Source: an uncultured Thermotogae bacterium
GTDB taxonomy: Bacteria; Bipolaricaulota; Bipolaricaulia; UBA7950; UBA9294
Length of the DNA stretch: 64,000 nt
Assembly: GCA_964466035.1 (NCBI GenBank)
Contig: CAYXLR010000007.1
Location: 25,299-89,298, forward strand
Direction: 5' to 3'
Within the stretch, counting starts at the first letter, position 1. Each line of letters opens with the position of its first letter. Below the pieces are notes generated by a model. It did not search any database and was not told the DNA's origin. It worked only from the letters and a program-made list of their open reading frames with translations. Positions 16,690 to 29,432 of this stretch are shown here, piece after piece. Both the position numbers and the translations under genes were made by a program.

Positions 16690-17214
16690 GTGTCGTTCGA
16701 GTGGGGAACGATCGTCAAGAGCATCAACTGGACGCTCGTCATCAACCTGATCAACTTCGCGATCCTCCTCTACCTGCTGAAGCGGCTCCTCTTCAAGCCG
16801 GCGCTCGAGTACCTCGACCGACGTCGGGAGACGATCCACGCCCGGATGCAGGCGGCGCAAGCCGACGAGGAGCGGGCCGCGCAGCTCGTCGCCGAGCAGA
16901 AGGAGGCGCTCGCCGAGGCGCGGAAGCGCGCGGAGGGGATCGCCGAGACCGCGCAGCGGGAAGCCGAGGCGGCGATCGCCGCCGCCAAGGGCGAGGCTCG
17001 CGAAGCGGCGGAGCGGATCCTCGAGGACGGGCGGCGGCAACTGGCGCAGGAGCGCGATCGGATGATCGCGCAGCTGCGCGAGGCGTACGCCGAGATCACC
17101 GTCCTCGGGGCCGAACGGGTTCTCGAGCGGGAGATCCGGATCGAGGACCACCGGAGGCTCCTCGATCAGCTTCTGGAAGAGATCGACGAGGAAAGGCTGA
17201 AGGTCGAGTCGTGA
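16690..17214 (+). CDS. atpF: F0F1 ATP synthase subunit b
   Basis: 174 aa; one N-terminal TM helix then long Ala/Glu/Arg-rich helix; operon position. Confidence 0.9.
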   Translation: MSFEWGTIVKSINWTLVINLINFAILLYLLKRLLFKPALEYLDRRRETIHARMQAAQADEERAAQLVAEQKEALAEARKRAEGIAETAQREAEAAIAAAKGEAREAAERILEDGRRQLAQERDRMIAQLREAYAEITVLGAERVLEREIRIEDHRRLLDQLLEEIDEERLKVES

Positions 17215-17744
17215 GGTCGCAGGAGGTCGCCCGCCGTTACGCCATCGCGCTGTACCAACTGGCCGCCGAACAGGAGGCGGTCGAGGCGACGGAGGAGGAG
17301 CTTCGCGCGGTGGTCGACGAGACGAGGCGGAGCCGCGAGATCGCCCGCTATCTGGCGCACCCGCTCGTGTCGCGCGAGCGGAAGACCGGGTTCGTGGCGA
17401 AGGTCTTTCCGGACCTTTCGGTGCGGACGCGCAACCTCCTCGGGCTGCTGATCCGCAACCGGCGAGAGACGTACCTCGATCTGATCTGCGAGGAGTTCCT
17501 CGTCGCGCGGGCGGAAGCCGAGGGGCTCGTCCCCGTCAGCGTGACGACGGCCCGTCCGATGAGCGACGACGAGCGCGACCGGCTGACCGCGAGGCTGGAG
17601 GACGCGCTGAAGCGGCGCGTCCGACTGGAGGAGCGGATCGACGAGCGGCTTCTTGAAGGCACGCGGATCGAAATGGAAGGGCGAGTGATCGACGGCTCGC
17701 TTCGGGCGCGGTTGGAGGGGCTGCGGGCCCGTCTGGAGACCTAG
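17211..17744 (+). CDS. atpH: F0F1 ATP synthase subunit delta (OSCP)
   Basis: GTG overlapping atpF stop (GTGA); [14 protein letters not shown]-terminus typical of delta; in-frame part of ORF-track 16488..17744. Confidence 0.85.
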   Translation: MRSQEVARRYAIALYQLAAEQEAVEATEEELRAVVDETRRSREIARYLAHPLVSRERKTGFVAKVFPDLSVRTRNLLGLLIRNRRETYLDLICEEFLVARAEAEGLVPVSVTTARPMSDDERDRLTARLEDALKRRVRLEERIDERLLEGTRIEMEGRVIDGSLRARLEGLRARLET

Positions 17745-17752
17745 GGGGAGAC

Positions 17753-19261
17753 GTGGCGAAGACCCGAAAAGACGAGATCACGGCCATCCTGAAGGAGCAG
17801 CTGAAGGGGCTCGAGTACGACCTCGAGATGCAGGAGGTCGGGATGGTCGTCGAGGTCGGGGACGGGATCGCCCGGATCTACGGGCTCGAGCGGGCGATGG
17901 CCTCCGAGATCGTCGAACTGCCCGGCGAGCTGTACGGGCTCGTCCTCAACCTCGAGGAGGAGTCGGTCGGCGTGGCGCTGTTCGGCGACAGCGAGCGGGT
18001 CCAGGAGGGGGACGAGGTCCGGCGGACCGGCCGGGTTCTCGAGACGCTCGCCGGAGAGGGGATGCTCGGCCGGGTCGTCGACCCGCTCGGACGCCCGCTC
18101 GACGGGGGAGATCCGATCGAGTCGGCGGAGACGCGGAAGGCCGAGATCATCGCCCCCGGCGTCGTCAAGCGGCAGCCGGTCGACACGCCGCTCCAGACGG
18201 GGCTGAAGTCGATCGACGCGCTGACGCCGATCGGGCGCGGGCAGCGCGAGCTGATCATCGGCGACCGGAGGACCGGAAAGACGGCGATCGCCCTCGACAC
18301 GATCGTCAACCAGAAGGGCGGGGACGTCGTCTGCGTCTACGTGGCGATCGGCCAGAAGGCGTCGACGGTCGCGCGGATCATCGAGACGCTGAAGAGCCAC
18401 GGAGCGATGGAGTACACGATCGTCGTGGTCGCCGACGCGAACGCGTCGACTCCGATGCAGTACCTCGCGCCGTACGCGGGCTGCACGATGGCCGAGTACT
18501 TCACCTACCAAGGCCGCGACGCGTTCATCGTCTACGACGACCTGTCGAAGCACGCCGTCGCCTATCGAGAGCTGTCGCTCCTCCTCCGGCGGCCGCCGGG
18601 GCGAGAGGCGTATCCGGGCGACATCTTCTACACGCACTCCAGGCTGCTCGAACGGGCGGTCCGGCTCTCCGACGAGCACGGCGGCGGTTCGCTGACCGCC
18701 TTTCCGATCATCGAGACGAAGGCCGGCGACATCACCGCCTACATTCCGACGAACGTGATCTCCATCACGGACGGCCAGATCTACCTCGAGACCGACCTGT
18801 TCAACCAGGGGTTCCGCCCGGCGATCAACGTCGGCTATTCGGTGTCGCGCGTCGGCGGCGAGGCGCAGATCAAGGCGATGTCGCAGATCGCCGGCGAGCT
18901 GCGGCTGGAGCTGTCGCAGTACCGCGAGCTGGAGGCGTTCGCCGAGTTCTCGGCCGACCTCGACGAAGAATCGAAGGCGCAGCTGGCGCGCGGCGACCGG
19001 CTGATGGAGATCCTCAAGCAGGAACAGTACCAGCCGATGCCGGTCGAGGAGCAGGTCGTCTCGCTGTTCGTCGGGGTGGAGAACCACGTGGCGGACATCG
19101 AGGTCGGCGAGGTCCGTCGGTTCGAGCGGGAATGGCTCCGCTTCGTCCGTGAGGAGCACGACGAGATCCTCGCAGCGCTCCGCGACGAGAAGCGGCTGTC
19201 CGACGAGCTGCGGGAGAAGCTCGACGTCGCGGTGGCCGAATTCAAGGAACGGTTTATGTGA
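17753..19261 (+). CDS. atpA: F0F1 ATP synthase subunit alpha
   Basis: 502 aa; Walker [10 protein letters not shown], canonical alpha sequence throughout. Confidence 0.97.
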   Translation: MAKTRKDEITAILKEQLKGLEYDLEMQEVGMVVEVGDGIARIYGLERAMASEIVELPGELYGLVLNLEEESVGVALFGDSERVQEGDEVRRTGRVLETLAGEGMLGRVVDPLGRPLDGGDPIESAETRKAEIIAPGVVKRQPVDTPLQTGLKSIDALTPIGRGQRELIIGDRRTGKTAIALDTIVNQKGGDVVCVYVAIGQKASTVARIIETLKSHGAMEYTIVVVADANASTPMQYLAPYAGCTMAEYFTYQGRDAFIVYDDLSKHAVAYRELSLLLRRPPGREAYPGDIFYTHSRLLERAVRLSDEHGGGSLTAFPIIETKAGDITAYIPTNVISITDGQIYLETDLFNQGFRPAINVGYSVSRVGGEAQIKAMSQIAGELRLELSQYRELEAFAEFSADLDEESKAQLARGDRLMEILKQEQYQPMPVEEQVVSLFVGVENHVADIEVGEVRRFEREWLRFVREEHDEILAALRDEKRLSDELREKLDVAVAEFKERFM

Positions 19262-19289
19262 ACCGGTGGTCTCTCCGACCACCGGTTCA
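19259..19289 (+). terminator. 13-bp perfect hairpin spanning the atpA stop codon (no U-tract)
   Basis: TGAACCGGTGGTC-TCTCC-GACCACCGGTTCA. Confidence 0.4.
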
Positions 19290-19412
19290 CGGAGGAGAAC
19301 GCCGCGGGCGGCATTCTCCTGATGGGCGAGCCGCGCGATCTGACGATCGCGGAGAAGAACGCCGACGGACGGCGTTCTTCCGTGGGATGGGAAGCGAACT
19401 GAGGAGCACGAC

Positions 19413-19500
19413 GTGGCACAGCAGGTACGGGCGATTAAGGGACGCATAGGGAATATGGGACTCATCGTGCTCGGGATGTTCGTGCGGCCTGGCGGCCGCG
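19413..19500 (+). repeat. 88-nt repeat unit 1: decoy copy of atpG codons 1-14 (GTG start, RBS GAGGAG) plus shared tail
   Basis: First 42 nt identical to atpG 19727..19768 except at 2 positions (nt 1 G vs A, nt 6 A vs G); differs from unit 2 at 4 of 88 positions. Confidence 0.85.
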
Positions 19501-19555
19501 TAGGAGAATGTCGCGGGGCGGCATTCTCCTGATGGGCGAGCTAAGGAACTGAGGC

Positions 19556-19643
19556 ATGGCACAGCAGGTACGGGCGATTAAGGGACGCATAGGGAATCTG
19601 GGACTCATCGCGCTCGGGATGTTCGCGCGGCCTGGCGGCCGCG
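19556..19643 (+). repeat. 88-nt repeat unit 2: decoy copy of atpG codons 1-14 (ATG start) plus shared tail
   Basis: ATGGCACAGCAGGTACGGGCGATTAAGGGACGCATAGGGAAT then CTGGGACTCATCGCGCTCGGGATGTTCGCGCGGCCTGGCGGCCGCG. Confidence 0.85.
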
Positions 19644-19726
19644 GCGAAGAACGGCGCTTTGCGCCGTTCTTCGGTGGGCGCAGCAGATGTACGATGGAGC
19701 TTGCGAGGGAGTAGGGAAACAGACAC

Positions 19727-22727
<3,001 letters not shown>

Positions 22728-22805
22728 GGGAATCCGACGGCCTTCGTCGGTCGGAAACGTTGAATTGACCCCGTTTCGAGCGGATCGTATAATCGCCCGC
22801 GGTTC

Positions 22806-22880
22806 GGCGGCGTAGCCAAGTGGTAAGGCAAGGGACTGCAAATCCCTGATTCACCGGTTCGAATCCGGTCGCCGCCTCCA
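22806..22880 (+). tRNA. tRNA-Cys (anticodon GCA), CCA encoded
   Basis: Acceptor GGCGGCG/CGCCGCC, anticodon stem-loop GGGA-CTGCAAA-TCCC, T-arm CCGGTTCGAATCCGG, discriminator U + CCA. Confidence 0.9.
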
Positions 22881-22891
22881 GAGAGACGGAT

Positions 22892-22967
22892 GGGTGGTTA
22901 GCTCAGCTGGGAGAGCGCATGCTTGACGTGCATGAGGTCACAGGTTCGAGCCCTGTACCACCCACCA
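22892..22967 (+). tRNA. tRNA-Val (anticodon GAC), CCA encoded
   Basis: Acceptor GGGTGGT/ACCACCC, D-arm TAGCTCAGCTGGGAGAGC, anticodon loop TTGACGT, T-arm CAGGTTCGAGCCCTG, ACCA end. Confidence 0.9.
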
Positions 22968-23019
22968 GCCCGCGAGGGACCTCGCGGGGTTCGTCGTTTC
23001 GGCATCCCGGAGGTCGATC

Positions 23020-23817
23020 GTGGAACGCGCGCGCGAACTGATTCGACCGTACTTCGAGAAGGACGGCGTCATCGGGATCTACCTGCTCGGGTCGGTGACC
23101 CGCCCGTATCGGGACGGCCTCTCCGACTACGACATCGAGGTGGTCGTCGAGGACGCCGTCTACGAGGCGACGCCGGACGAGGAGCGCCAGGTCTTTTTCT
23201 ACAAGGACGGGGTCGAGGACGGTGGACGGCCGGTCGTCGACTACGAGTTCTACCTCGTCCCGTGGTCCGACTTCGTCGGGCTGGTCGAATCGACGCACGA
23301 TCTGTTCCACCAACCGTACCAGCACGCGGTGGTCCTCCACGACCCGGACGGTCGGATCGCCCCGATCGTTGCGAAGCTCGCCGAGCTGCCCGGGGACGTC
23401 CGCCGCGATCGGATGATCGTCCACTACCTCGAGTTCCTGTATCGGCTCGGCCGGGCGCGGAAGACGGCGGTCCGAGCGGACGGAAGCGACCCCGCGCTCA
23501 ACCTTCGACTCCTCTACGGCGACGCGCTGTCCGCGCTGGTCAAGCTGCTCTTCCTGGTGAACGGTTCGTGGGCGTCGGTCAAGCACTGGAGCGAGGAGGA
23601 GCTGCGGCTGCTCGGCGTCCCGGACGATCTCTTGGCGCGTACGGCGTGCCTCTTGGGCACGCCGTCCCCTGATGATGCGAAGGGCCTCGTCGAGGCGGTC
23701 CGTGCGTACCTCGACGGCTGCGGCGAGACGTTTCACCGCGACATGGACGGGATTCAGCGGTGGCTCTTCTTCACCAAGGAGGGGAAGCGGGCGTTCGAGC
23801 GTTGGGGGCTGCGGTAG
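23020..23817 (+). CDS. Nucleotidyltransferase-domain protein (Pol-beta superfamily)
   Basis: 265 aa; GS-x(10)-DxD pattern LGSVTRPYRDGLSDYDIEV near N-terminus; GTG start. Confidence 0.6.
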   Translation: MERARELIRPYFEKDGVIGIYLLGSVTRPYRDGLSDYDIEVVVEDAVYEATPDEERQVFFYKDGVEDGGRPVVDYEFYLVPWSDFVGLVESTHDLFHQPYQHAVVLHDPDGRIAPIVAKLAELPGDVRRDRMIVHYLEFLYRLGRARKTAVRADGSDPALNLRLLYGDALSALVKLLFLVNGSWASVKHWSEEELRLLGVPDDLLARTACLLGTPSPDDAKGLVEAVRAYLDGCGETFHRDMDGIQRWLFFTKEGKRAFERWGLR

Positions 23818-23881
23818 CGGCCCGAAGGGGCCCCTCCGTGTTCGGGCTGCTCTTTCCTCTATCGCAGTCAGGAACAGGTTT

Positions 23882-23939
23882 TTGCCGCTCCGAATGCGGT
23901 TCGGTATACTGCGTGCACGGCCGGACACCGGCCGTGCAC
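23882..23939 (+). promoter_or_regulatory. Candidate promoter (TTGCCG-17-TATACT) immediately followed by a 12-bp-arm perfect inverted repeat
   Basis: GTGCACGGCCGG-ACA-CCGGCCGTGCAC at 23913..23939, 20 nt before ATG 23960. Confidence 0.4.
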
Positions 23940-23959
23940 GGAACGGGAGGACGGAGCGG

Positions 23960-25288
23960 ATGGTCGAACGGATCGGGGTTCGGCGCGAGGACATGTACCA
24001 CTGGGAGCGGCGCGTCCCCCTCGTCCCCGAGGATCTTCGCGAGCTGGTCGACGGCCACGGCCTGACCTTCTCGATCCAGTCCTCGGACAGGCGGGTCTTC
24101 TCCGACGACGCGTACCGCGCCGCCGGGTTGGACGTCGTCGATTCCCTGACCGACTGCCCGATTGTGATCGGCCTGAAGGAGATCCCGCTTCCTGCGCTAC
24201 AGCGGGGCGCGGTTTACGTCTTCTTCTCCCACACGATCAAGGGACAGCCGGCAAACATGCCGATGCTTCGGCGATGCCTCGACCTCGGATGCACGATCAT
24301 CGACTACGAACGGATCGTCGACGATGACGGACGGCGCCTGATCTTCTTCGGCAACTACGCCGGCCTCGCCGGCGCGATCGACACGCTCTGGACGCTCGGG
24401 CGACGGCTGGCGTCGGAGGGGATCCCCACCCCGCTCGCGGAGATCCGCCAGGCGTCGACGTACGCCGACCTTGCCGAGGCGAAAGCGGCGATCGGGAGGG
24501 TCGGCGAGCGGATCGCGTCCGACGGACTGCCGGAGGAGATCTCTCCCCTGGTCCTCGGGATCGCCGGCTACGGAAACGTCTCCAAGGGCGTGCAGGAGAT
24601 CCTCGATCTCCTGCCGATTGAGGAGATCCGCGCTGCGGATCTCCTCGGCGATTCGGAACCGCTTCGCGCCCCGAATCGCGGCCCCATCATGAAGGTCGTC
24701 TTCCGCGAGGAGGACACGGTCCTCCCGCTCGTCGAAGGAAAGCCGTTCGACCTCCGGGAGTACTACGACCATCCGGAGCGGTATCGGGCCGGCTTCGAGC
24801 GGTATCTACCGAGGCTCCACGCGCTGATCAACTGCATCTACTGGGAGCCGAGGTACCCGCGCCTCGTGACCGCGGAGGCGATTCGGAGGCTCTACGCGGA
24901 GGGCCGACCGGCGCTGCGGGTCATCGGCGACATCTCGTGCGACGTGGAGGGCTCGATCGAGGTCACGGTCCGGTCGACCGAGCCGGACGATCCGGTGTAC
25001 GTCTACGATCCGGAGACCGGCTCGATCCGTTTCGGCGTCGAGGGGACCGGCCCGGTGATGATGGCGGTCGAGATCCTGCCGACCGAGCTTCCGCGCGAGG
25101 CGTCGATCTACTTCAGCGGGATCCTGAAGCGGTTCGTCCCCGCGATCGCCGCGGCCGACTACGAGGCGGCCTTCGACGCCCTCGCGCTTCCTCCGGAACT
25201 GAAGCGGGCCGTCATCTGCCACCGCGGCGAGTTGACGCCGGACTACCGGTACCTCGAAGGTCATCTCGCGAAGGCCGATCCGACGTAG
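23960..25288 (+). CDS. Lysine-ketoglutarate reductase-like protein (alanine dehydrogenase/PNT N-domain; saccharopine dehydrogenase, L-lysine-forming type)
   Basis: 442 aa from ATG 23960 (RBS gggagg); IGVRREDMYHWERRVPLVP start, FFSHTIKGQPANMPML and INCIYWEPRYPRLVT resemble the LKR half of LOR/SDH enzymes. Confidence 0.7.
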   Translation: MVERIGVRREDMYHWERRVPLVPEDLRELVDGHGLTFSIQSSDRRVFSDDAYRAAGLDVVDSLTDCPIVIGLKEIPLPALQRGAVYVFFSHTIKGQPANMPMLRRCLDLGCTIIDYERIVDDDGRRLIFFGNYAGLAGAIDTLWTLGRRLASEGIPTPLAEIRQASTYADLAEAKAAIGRVGERIASDGLPEEISPLVLGIAGYGNVSKGVQEILDLLPIEEIRAADLLGDSEPLRAPNRGPIMKVVFREEDTVLPLVEGKPFDLREYYDHPERYRAGFERYLPRLHALINCIYWEPRYPRLVTAEAIRRLYAEGRPALRVIGDISCDVEGSIEVTVRSTEPDDPVYVYDPETGSIRFGVEGTGPVMMAVEILPTELPREASIYFSGILKRFVPAIAAADYEAAFDALALPPELKRAVICHRGELTPDYRYLEGHLAKADPT

Positions 25289-25313
25289 CCCGGCCGCCAC
25301 GAAGGAGGGAACC

Positions 25314-26633
25314 ATGAACCGACTGCTCGTTCTCGGCGCCGGCCTCGTCGCCGGGCCGCTCGTTCGGTATCTGCTGAACGTCGAGGGGTTCCGCGTCACC
25401 GTCGCCAGTCGGACGGTCGAGAAGGCGCGGCGGCTGATCGCCGGGGCGTCGAACGGGGCGGCGCTGTCCCTGGACGTCGGGGACGAGGGCGCGGTCGGGG
25501 CGCTGATCGCCGACCACGACCTGTCGATCAGTCTCCTTCCGTACGTCCGTCACCCGCTCGTCGCCCGGCTGTGCGTGAAGCACCGGAAACCGATGGTGAC
25601 GACCTCGTACGTGAAGGACGAGATGCGCGCGCTCGACGGTGCGGCCCGCGAGGCCGGCGTGATCCTGCTCAACGAGATCGGCGTCGACCCGGGGATCGAC
25701 CACATGTCGGCGATGCGGGTCATCGACCGGATCGCCGAGACCGGCGGTACGCTCGTCTCGTTCACGTCGAACACCGGCGGCCTCCCGGCGCCGGACGCGA
25801 ACGACAACCCGTTCGGGTACAAGTTCTCGTGGGCGCCGCGCGGCGTGATCCTGGCCGGGAAGAACCCGGCGAGGTACCTCGCGGACGGGGAGGTCGTCGA
25901 CGTTCCCGGTCCCGAGCTGTTCGCCCACCACTGGCCGTGTGAGGTGAAGGGGTTCGGTGAGCTGGAGGTGTATCCGAACCGCGACGCGCTTCCGTACATC
26001 GAGGCGTACGGAATCCCGACGGTCCGAAGCATGTTCCGCGGGACGCTTCGCTACCCCGGCTGGTGCGATACGCTGAAGGCGATCGCCGATCTCGGCCTCC
26101 TCGAAGAGTCGGAGCGCGACGATCTGGACGGAGAGACGTTCGCTCGGCTGACCGCGCGGTTGATCGGCTCGGACGGCTCCGATCTGAAGGGGGACCTGGC
26201 GCGCCACCTTGGCGTCGCAGTCGACGCCGAACCGATCATCGACCTCGAGTGGCTCGGTCTGTTCAGCGACGAGCCGCTCCCCGAAGCGGCGAACACGTAC
26301 CTCGACGTCACGGCCCAGCGGATGCTTTCGAAGATGAAGTACGCGCCGGGCGAGCGGGACATGCTCGTGATGCAGCACGAGTTCGTCGTCGAGCGCCCCG
26401 ACCGGAAGGAGAGGATCACCGCGACGATGGTCGACTACGGGATTCCGAACGGCGACTCTTCGATGTCTCGGCTGGTCGGCCTCCCGGCGGCGATCGCCGC
26501 GCGGTCGATCCTCCAGGGAGAGATCGTGCTGACCGGCGTTCGCACCCCGGTGGTCCCGGAGATCTACGAGCCGGTTCTCGCCGAACTGGCCACGCTCGGC
26601 GTCTCGTTCCGCGAGACGGTCGAGACGGTGTAG
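25314..26633 (+). CDS. Saccharopine dehydrogenase family protein (NADP+, L-glutamate-forming type)
   Basis: 439 aa; Rossmann start LLVLGAGLVAGPLVRYL, GVDPGIDHM and YKFSWAPRGV motifs of Sacchrp_dh N/C domains. Confidence 0.85.
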   Translation: MNRLLVLGAGLVAGPLVRYLLNVEGFRVTVASRTVEKARRLIAGASNGAALSLDVGDEGAVGALIADHDLSISLLPYVRHPLVARLCVKHRKPMVTTSYVKDEMRALDGAAREAGVILLNEIGVDPGIDHMSAMRVIDRIAETGGTLVSFTSNTGGLPAPDANDNPFGYKFSWAPRGVILAGKNPARYLADGEVVDVPGPELFAHHWPCEVKGFGELEVYPNRDALPYIEAYGIPTVRSMFRGTLRYPGWCDTLKAIADLGLLEESERDDLDGETFARLTARLIGSDGSDLKGDLARHLGVAVDAEPIIDLEWLGLFSDEPLPEAANTYLDVTAQRMLSKMKYAPGERDMLVMQHEFVVERPDRKERITATMVDYGIPNGDSSMSRLVGLPAAIAARSILQGEIVLTGVRTPVVPEIYEPVLAELATLGVSFRETVETV

Positions 26634-26650
26634 CGCGAGGGGGCGTTCCG

Positions 26651-27454
26651 ATGACCGAGCCCGGCTTCCGACTCGGCGCGAGCGTCTGGGGGTACTACGG
26701 GCGCGTGCCCCCGGAGGATTGGCCGACGCTCCCCGACGCCGTCCGGGCGATCCTGTCGATCGATCCGGATCTTGGGGTCGAGGTGTGGGGATCGAAGTCC
26801 CTCGACGCCCCGGCGGCGCCCGAGGCGGAATGGACCGAGCTGGTGGAAGTCTGCCGAGAGGCGAGCTTCGTCACGGTCCACGTCCGCGGAGCCTTCTGGG
26901 CGTGGGATCCGACGGGCCTCCGGCGCGAGATCGACTTCGCAGGGCGCGTCCACGCGTCGGTTCTCGTCCTCCATCCGATCTGCCTCGGGTTGACCAGGCC
27001 GAGCGACCGGCTGGACGTCCCCGAGATCCGGCGCCTGGCCGAGTACGCCGCCGAGCGCGGGGTCCGGCTCGCGCTGGAAAACCTGGAGGACACGGTCTGG
27101 CTCCTCGACCGCGTGCTGGAGGAGATCGGCGGCGATCCGGAGGAGACGAACCTCGGGATCTGCATCGACACCGGACACGCGCACATGTCGCACGACGCCG
27201 GTCGCGAGCCGGTGACGGACTATCTCGAGCGGTACGCCGGGCAGCTCGAGCACGTCCATCTCCACGACAACCACGGCGCCTCGGACGAGCACCTCCTCCC
27301 CGGAGACGGGACGATCGACTGGTCGCGCGCCCTTCGAACGCTTGAAGGGATCGGCTTCGAAAAGACCGCCGTCCTCGAAGTCCATCCGGAAAGCGTCTCA
27401 ATCACGGAAGGGATTCGGCGCGGTCTGGCGTACCTGGCGCGGCGGTCTGCGTAG
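26651..27454 (+). CDS. Sugar phosphate isomerase/epimerase (xylose-isomerase-like TIM barrel)
   Basis: 267 aa from ATG 26651; LENLED...IDTGHAH...HLHDN metal-ligand pattern of AP endonuclease 2/TIM-barrel family. Confidence 0.75.
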   Translation: MTEPGFRLGASVWGYYGRVPPEDWPTLPDAVRAILSIDPDLGVEVWGSKSLDAPAAPEAEWTELVEVCREASFVTVHVRGAFWAWDPTGLRREIDFAGRVHASVLVLHPICLGLTRPSDRLDVPEIRRLAEYAAERGVRLALENLEDTVWLLDRVLEEIGGDPEETNLGICIDTGHAHMSHDAGREPVTDYLERYAGQLEHVHLHDNHGASDEHLLPGDGTIDWSRALRTLEGIGFEKTAVLEVHPESVSITEGIRRGLAYLARRSA

Positions 27455-27576
27455 GCGAAAGTCCCTCACGCCTTCTGCCTTTTGTGCGCGATCGGGCAAC
27501 GGGCGGCACCGTGCGCGCCGGCTTGTTGGGAACAGTTGCTCCAAGGTATGATAAGGCGCTTCGGCAGGGGGAGAAC

Positions 27577-28320
27577 GTGACAGTGAGGTCATCGGAACCG
27601 GTGGACAAGAACGAGCTCCTCACTCACATCTTTCCGTCGCTCGATTCCGCTGCGATCGACGAACTTGCCGCGATGTGCCTCGAGGTCCGCCACGACACGG
27701 GAGAGCTGATCGCACAGGAGGAGTCCTACGCGTCGGGCGTGTACATCGTTCGATCCGGGTTGGTCAAGATCGGGAAGTACGGAAGCACAGGAGCCGAAAA
27801 GCGGATTCTTCGTTTTCTCGGCGTAGGGGAGATGTTCGGCCTTGAAGCCGTGGTCCTGGATCACTCCACGCACGTACAGTACGCCAAGACCCTCATGGAG
27901 ACGTACCTTTTGTTCATCGAGAGGCACAACCTCCTCGCGTTTCGGAACCAGTATCCCGAGTTGTGTACCGACTTCACCCGCTGGCTCGCGCGGGATGTGG
28001 TGATGCTCGAGCTCAAGTTGACCCGCGACGCGGTCGAATCGGTTGATCGGAACCTCGCCCTTCTCCTGTTGGCCTTGGCGCACAACTACGGAAGCGGCAC
28101 CGAGAAGGGAGTCGTCCTCGACCTGCCGGTTCCCCGGAGAACCCTTGCCGAGATGCTCGGCGTGTCCGTGGAATCCCTCATGCGCGCCCTGAAGCGCTTC
28201 CGGGATCGGAAGCTCCTCGAGACCTCCGGAAGGCGCGTGACGATTACGGATGTCGAAAGCCTAAAGGAGCGCGCGAGAATCACCCCGTTCTACCTCTCCA
28301 TCGTCGAGGAGACCCTCTAG
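27577..28320 (+). CDS. Crp/Fnr-family transcriptional regulator (start GTG 27577 or 27583)
   Basis: cNMP-binding beta-roll (GVYIVRSGLVKIGK...GEMFGLEA) plus C-terminal HTH (RRTLAEMLGVSVESLMRALKRF); RBS gggggag. Confidence 0.8.
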   Translation: MTVRSSEPVDKNELLTHIFPSLDSAAIDELAAMCLEVRHDTGELIAQEESYASGVYIVRSGLVKIGKYGSTGAEKRILRFLGVGEMFGLEAVVLDHSTHVQYAKTLMETYLLFIERHNLLAFRNQYPELCTDFTRWLARDVVMLELKLTRDAVESVDRNLALLLLALAHNYGSGTEKGVVLDLPVPRRTLAEMLGVSVESLMRALKRFRDRKLLETSGRRVTITDVESLKERARITPFYLSIVEETL

Positions 28321-29041
28321 CCGGTCTTCGAACCTGCAAGACCGTTCATCGACGAGCGATGTGCGGCCCTCCACGTTCGTCTTCCTACTCGGGCATTGTC
28401 AGATGACCGTGCCTTCCTTAACGAAGGACAGACAGCAAAGCGAATCCTGCCACCTGAGCCGTTGTGGAATGGTTTCTTCGTACGCTTCGGATGGCGTTTC
28501 TACTCTGTTCATAGGCCCTAGGGAGCGGCGCTACGGAGTCCTATGGTTGCGATGATCGAAGGTTGAGGTGGTGAGATCGGCAAGAAACGGAGAAGAAGCG
28601 GCAAGTGTGTTGGAGCGTTTCGAGACGGAGGTTCGTAAGCAGGAGCCCGTTCCGGTGTAGGGATCCGGCGGATGCGTAAATGCGGTTTCCCGTACGACGG
28701 AGGTGATCGGAATGCGCGGCGTCACGAAACAGCTACTCCCTGAGCAAGTTTGGATCGCCAGGCTCTTCCGAGCGGCGTGCGCTGATGAGAGAGTCCTAGG
28801 AAGGCTCGGGATTTCGGTCGATCCCGCGGCCAACCGGCGTCCTTCTCCCGACGGCACCGCGAGAGGGCTCAACCCCTCTGCCTTGGCGAAAAGCAAGGCA
28901 CGATCCGAGTCCGCGGTCGAGAAGCCGGAGGACTGCGGTGTGCCCGTGTGAGACTCGATGCGGTCACGGCTCCGCTCTTCCAGATTCGCTGACTGTGTGA
29001 AGCCGATCTTCACGCGCTTCCAGCCGGACAGGGAGGGTACG

Positions 29042-29317
29042 ATGCTCTACCGAGTCTGGAACGTGGTCAATCGGCCGCTCGATGCTGAAGAGAAAGAGAC
29101 GCGTCGTCTCTTGTTCTCAGTCTGTTCGCCGAGTGAGGCGTGTACCGTGATTCGACTCCTCCAGGCACGCCGGTCGGAAGATCCCACCGTTCTGACGAGC
29201 GAGTACGGGCTGGAAGTCTTCGCAGCGGGCCGCTGGACGGAGTGGCGCGACCGGCGTGGGCGCAACGTGATGGAGTCCTTCCGGTCACTGCTCGTCGAGA
29301 CGGGCCCGCGAATCTAG
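29042..29317 (+). CDS. Hypothetical 91-aa protein
   Basis: ATG preceded by GGGAGGG RBS at ideal spacing; no recognisable motif. Confidence 0.35.
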   Translation: MLYRVWNVVNRPLDAEEKETRRLLFSVCSPSEACTVIRLLQARRSEDPTVLTSEYGLEVFAAGRWTEWRDRRGRNVMESFRSLLVETGPRI

Positions 29318-29432
29318 CCGGAGTGAGCCATTCCCCGGCCCCGGAACGACCCCACGCTGTCCCTCCGAATTCTTGGTTGTCTGGATAGATGCTGTCCGAC
29401 TGCCTTGTCGCTGACCTTCCTGGGGGTGATAA

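Noticed and set aside
19290-19726. Tandem repeats in the atp spacer as a possible CRISPR array
   Set aside because: There are only two full 88-nt units, with unequal spacing (143 and 171 nt). The units contain a copy of the atpG coding start. No short uniform repeat/spacer periodicity and no cas genes are present.
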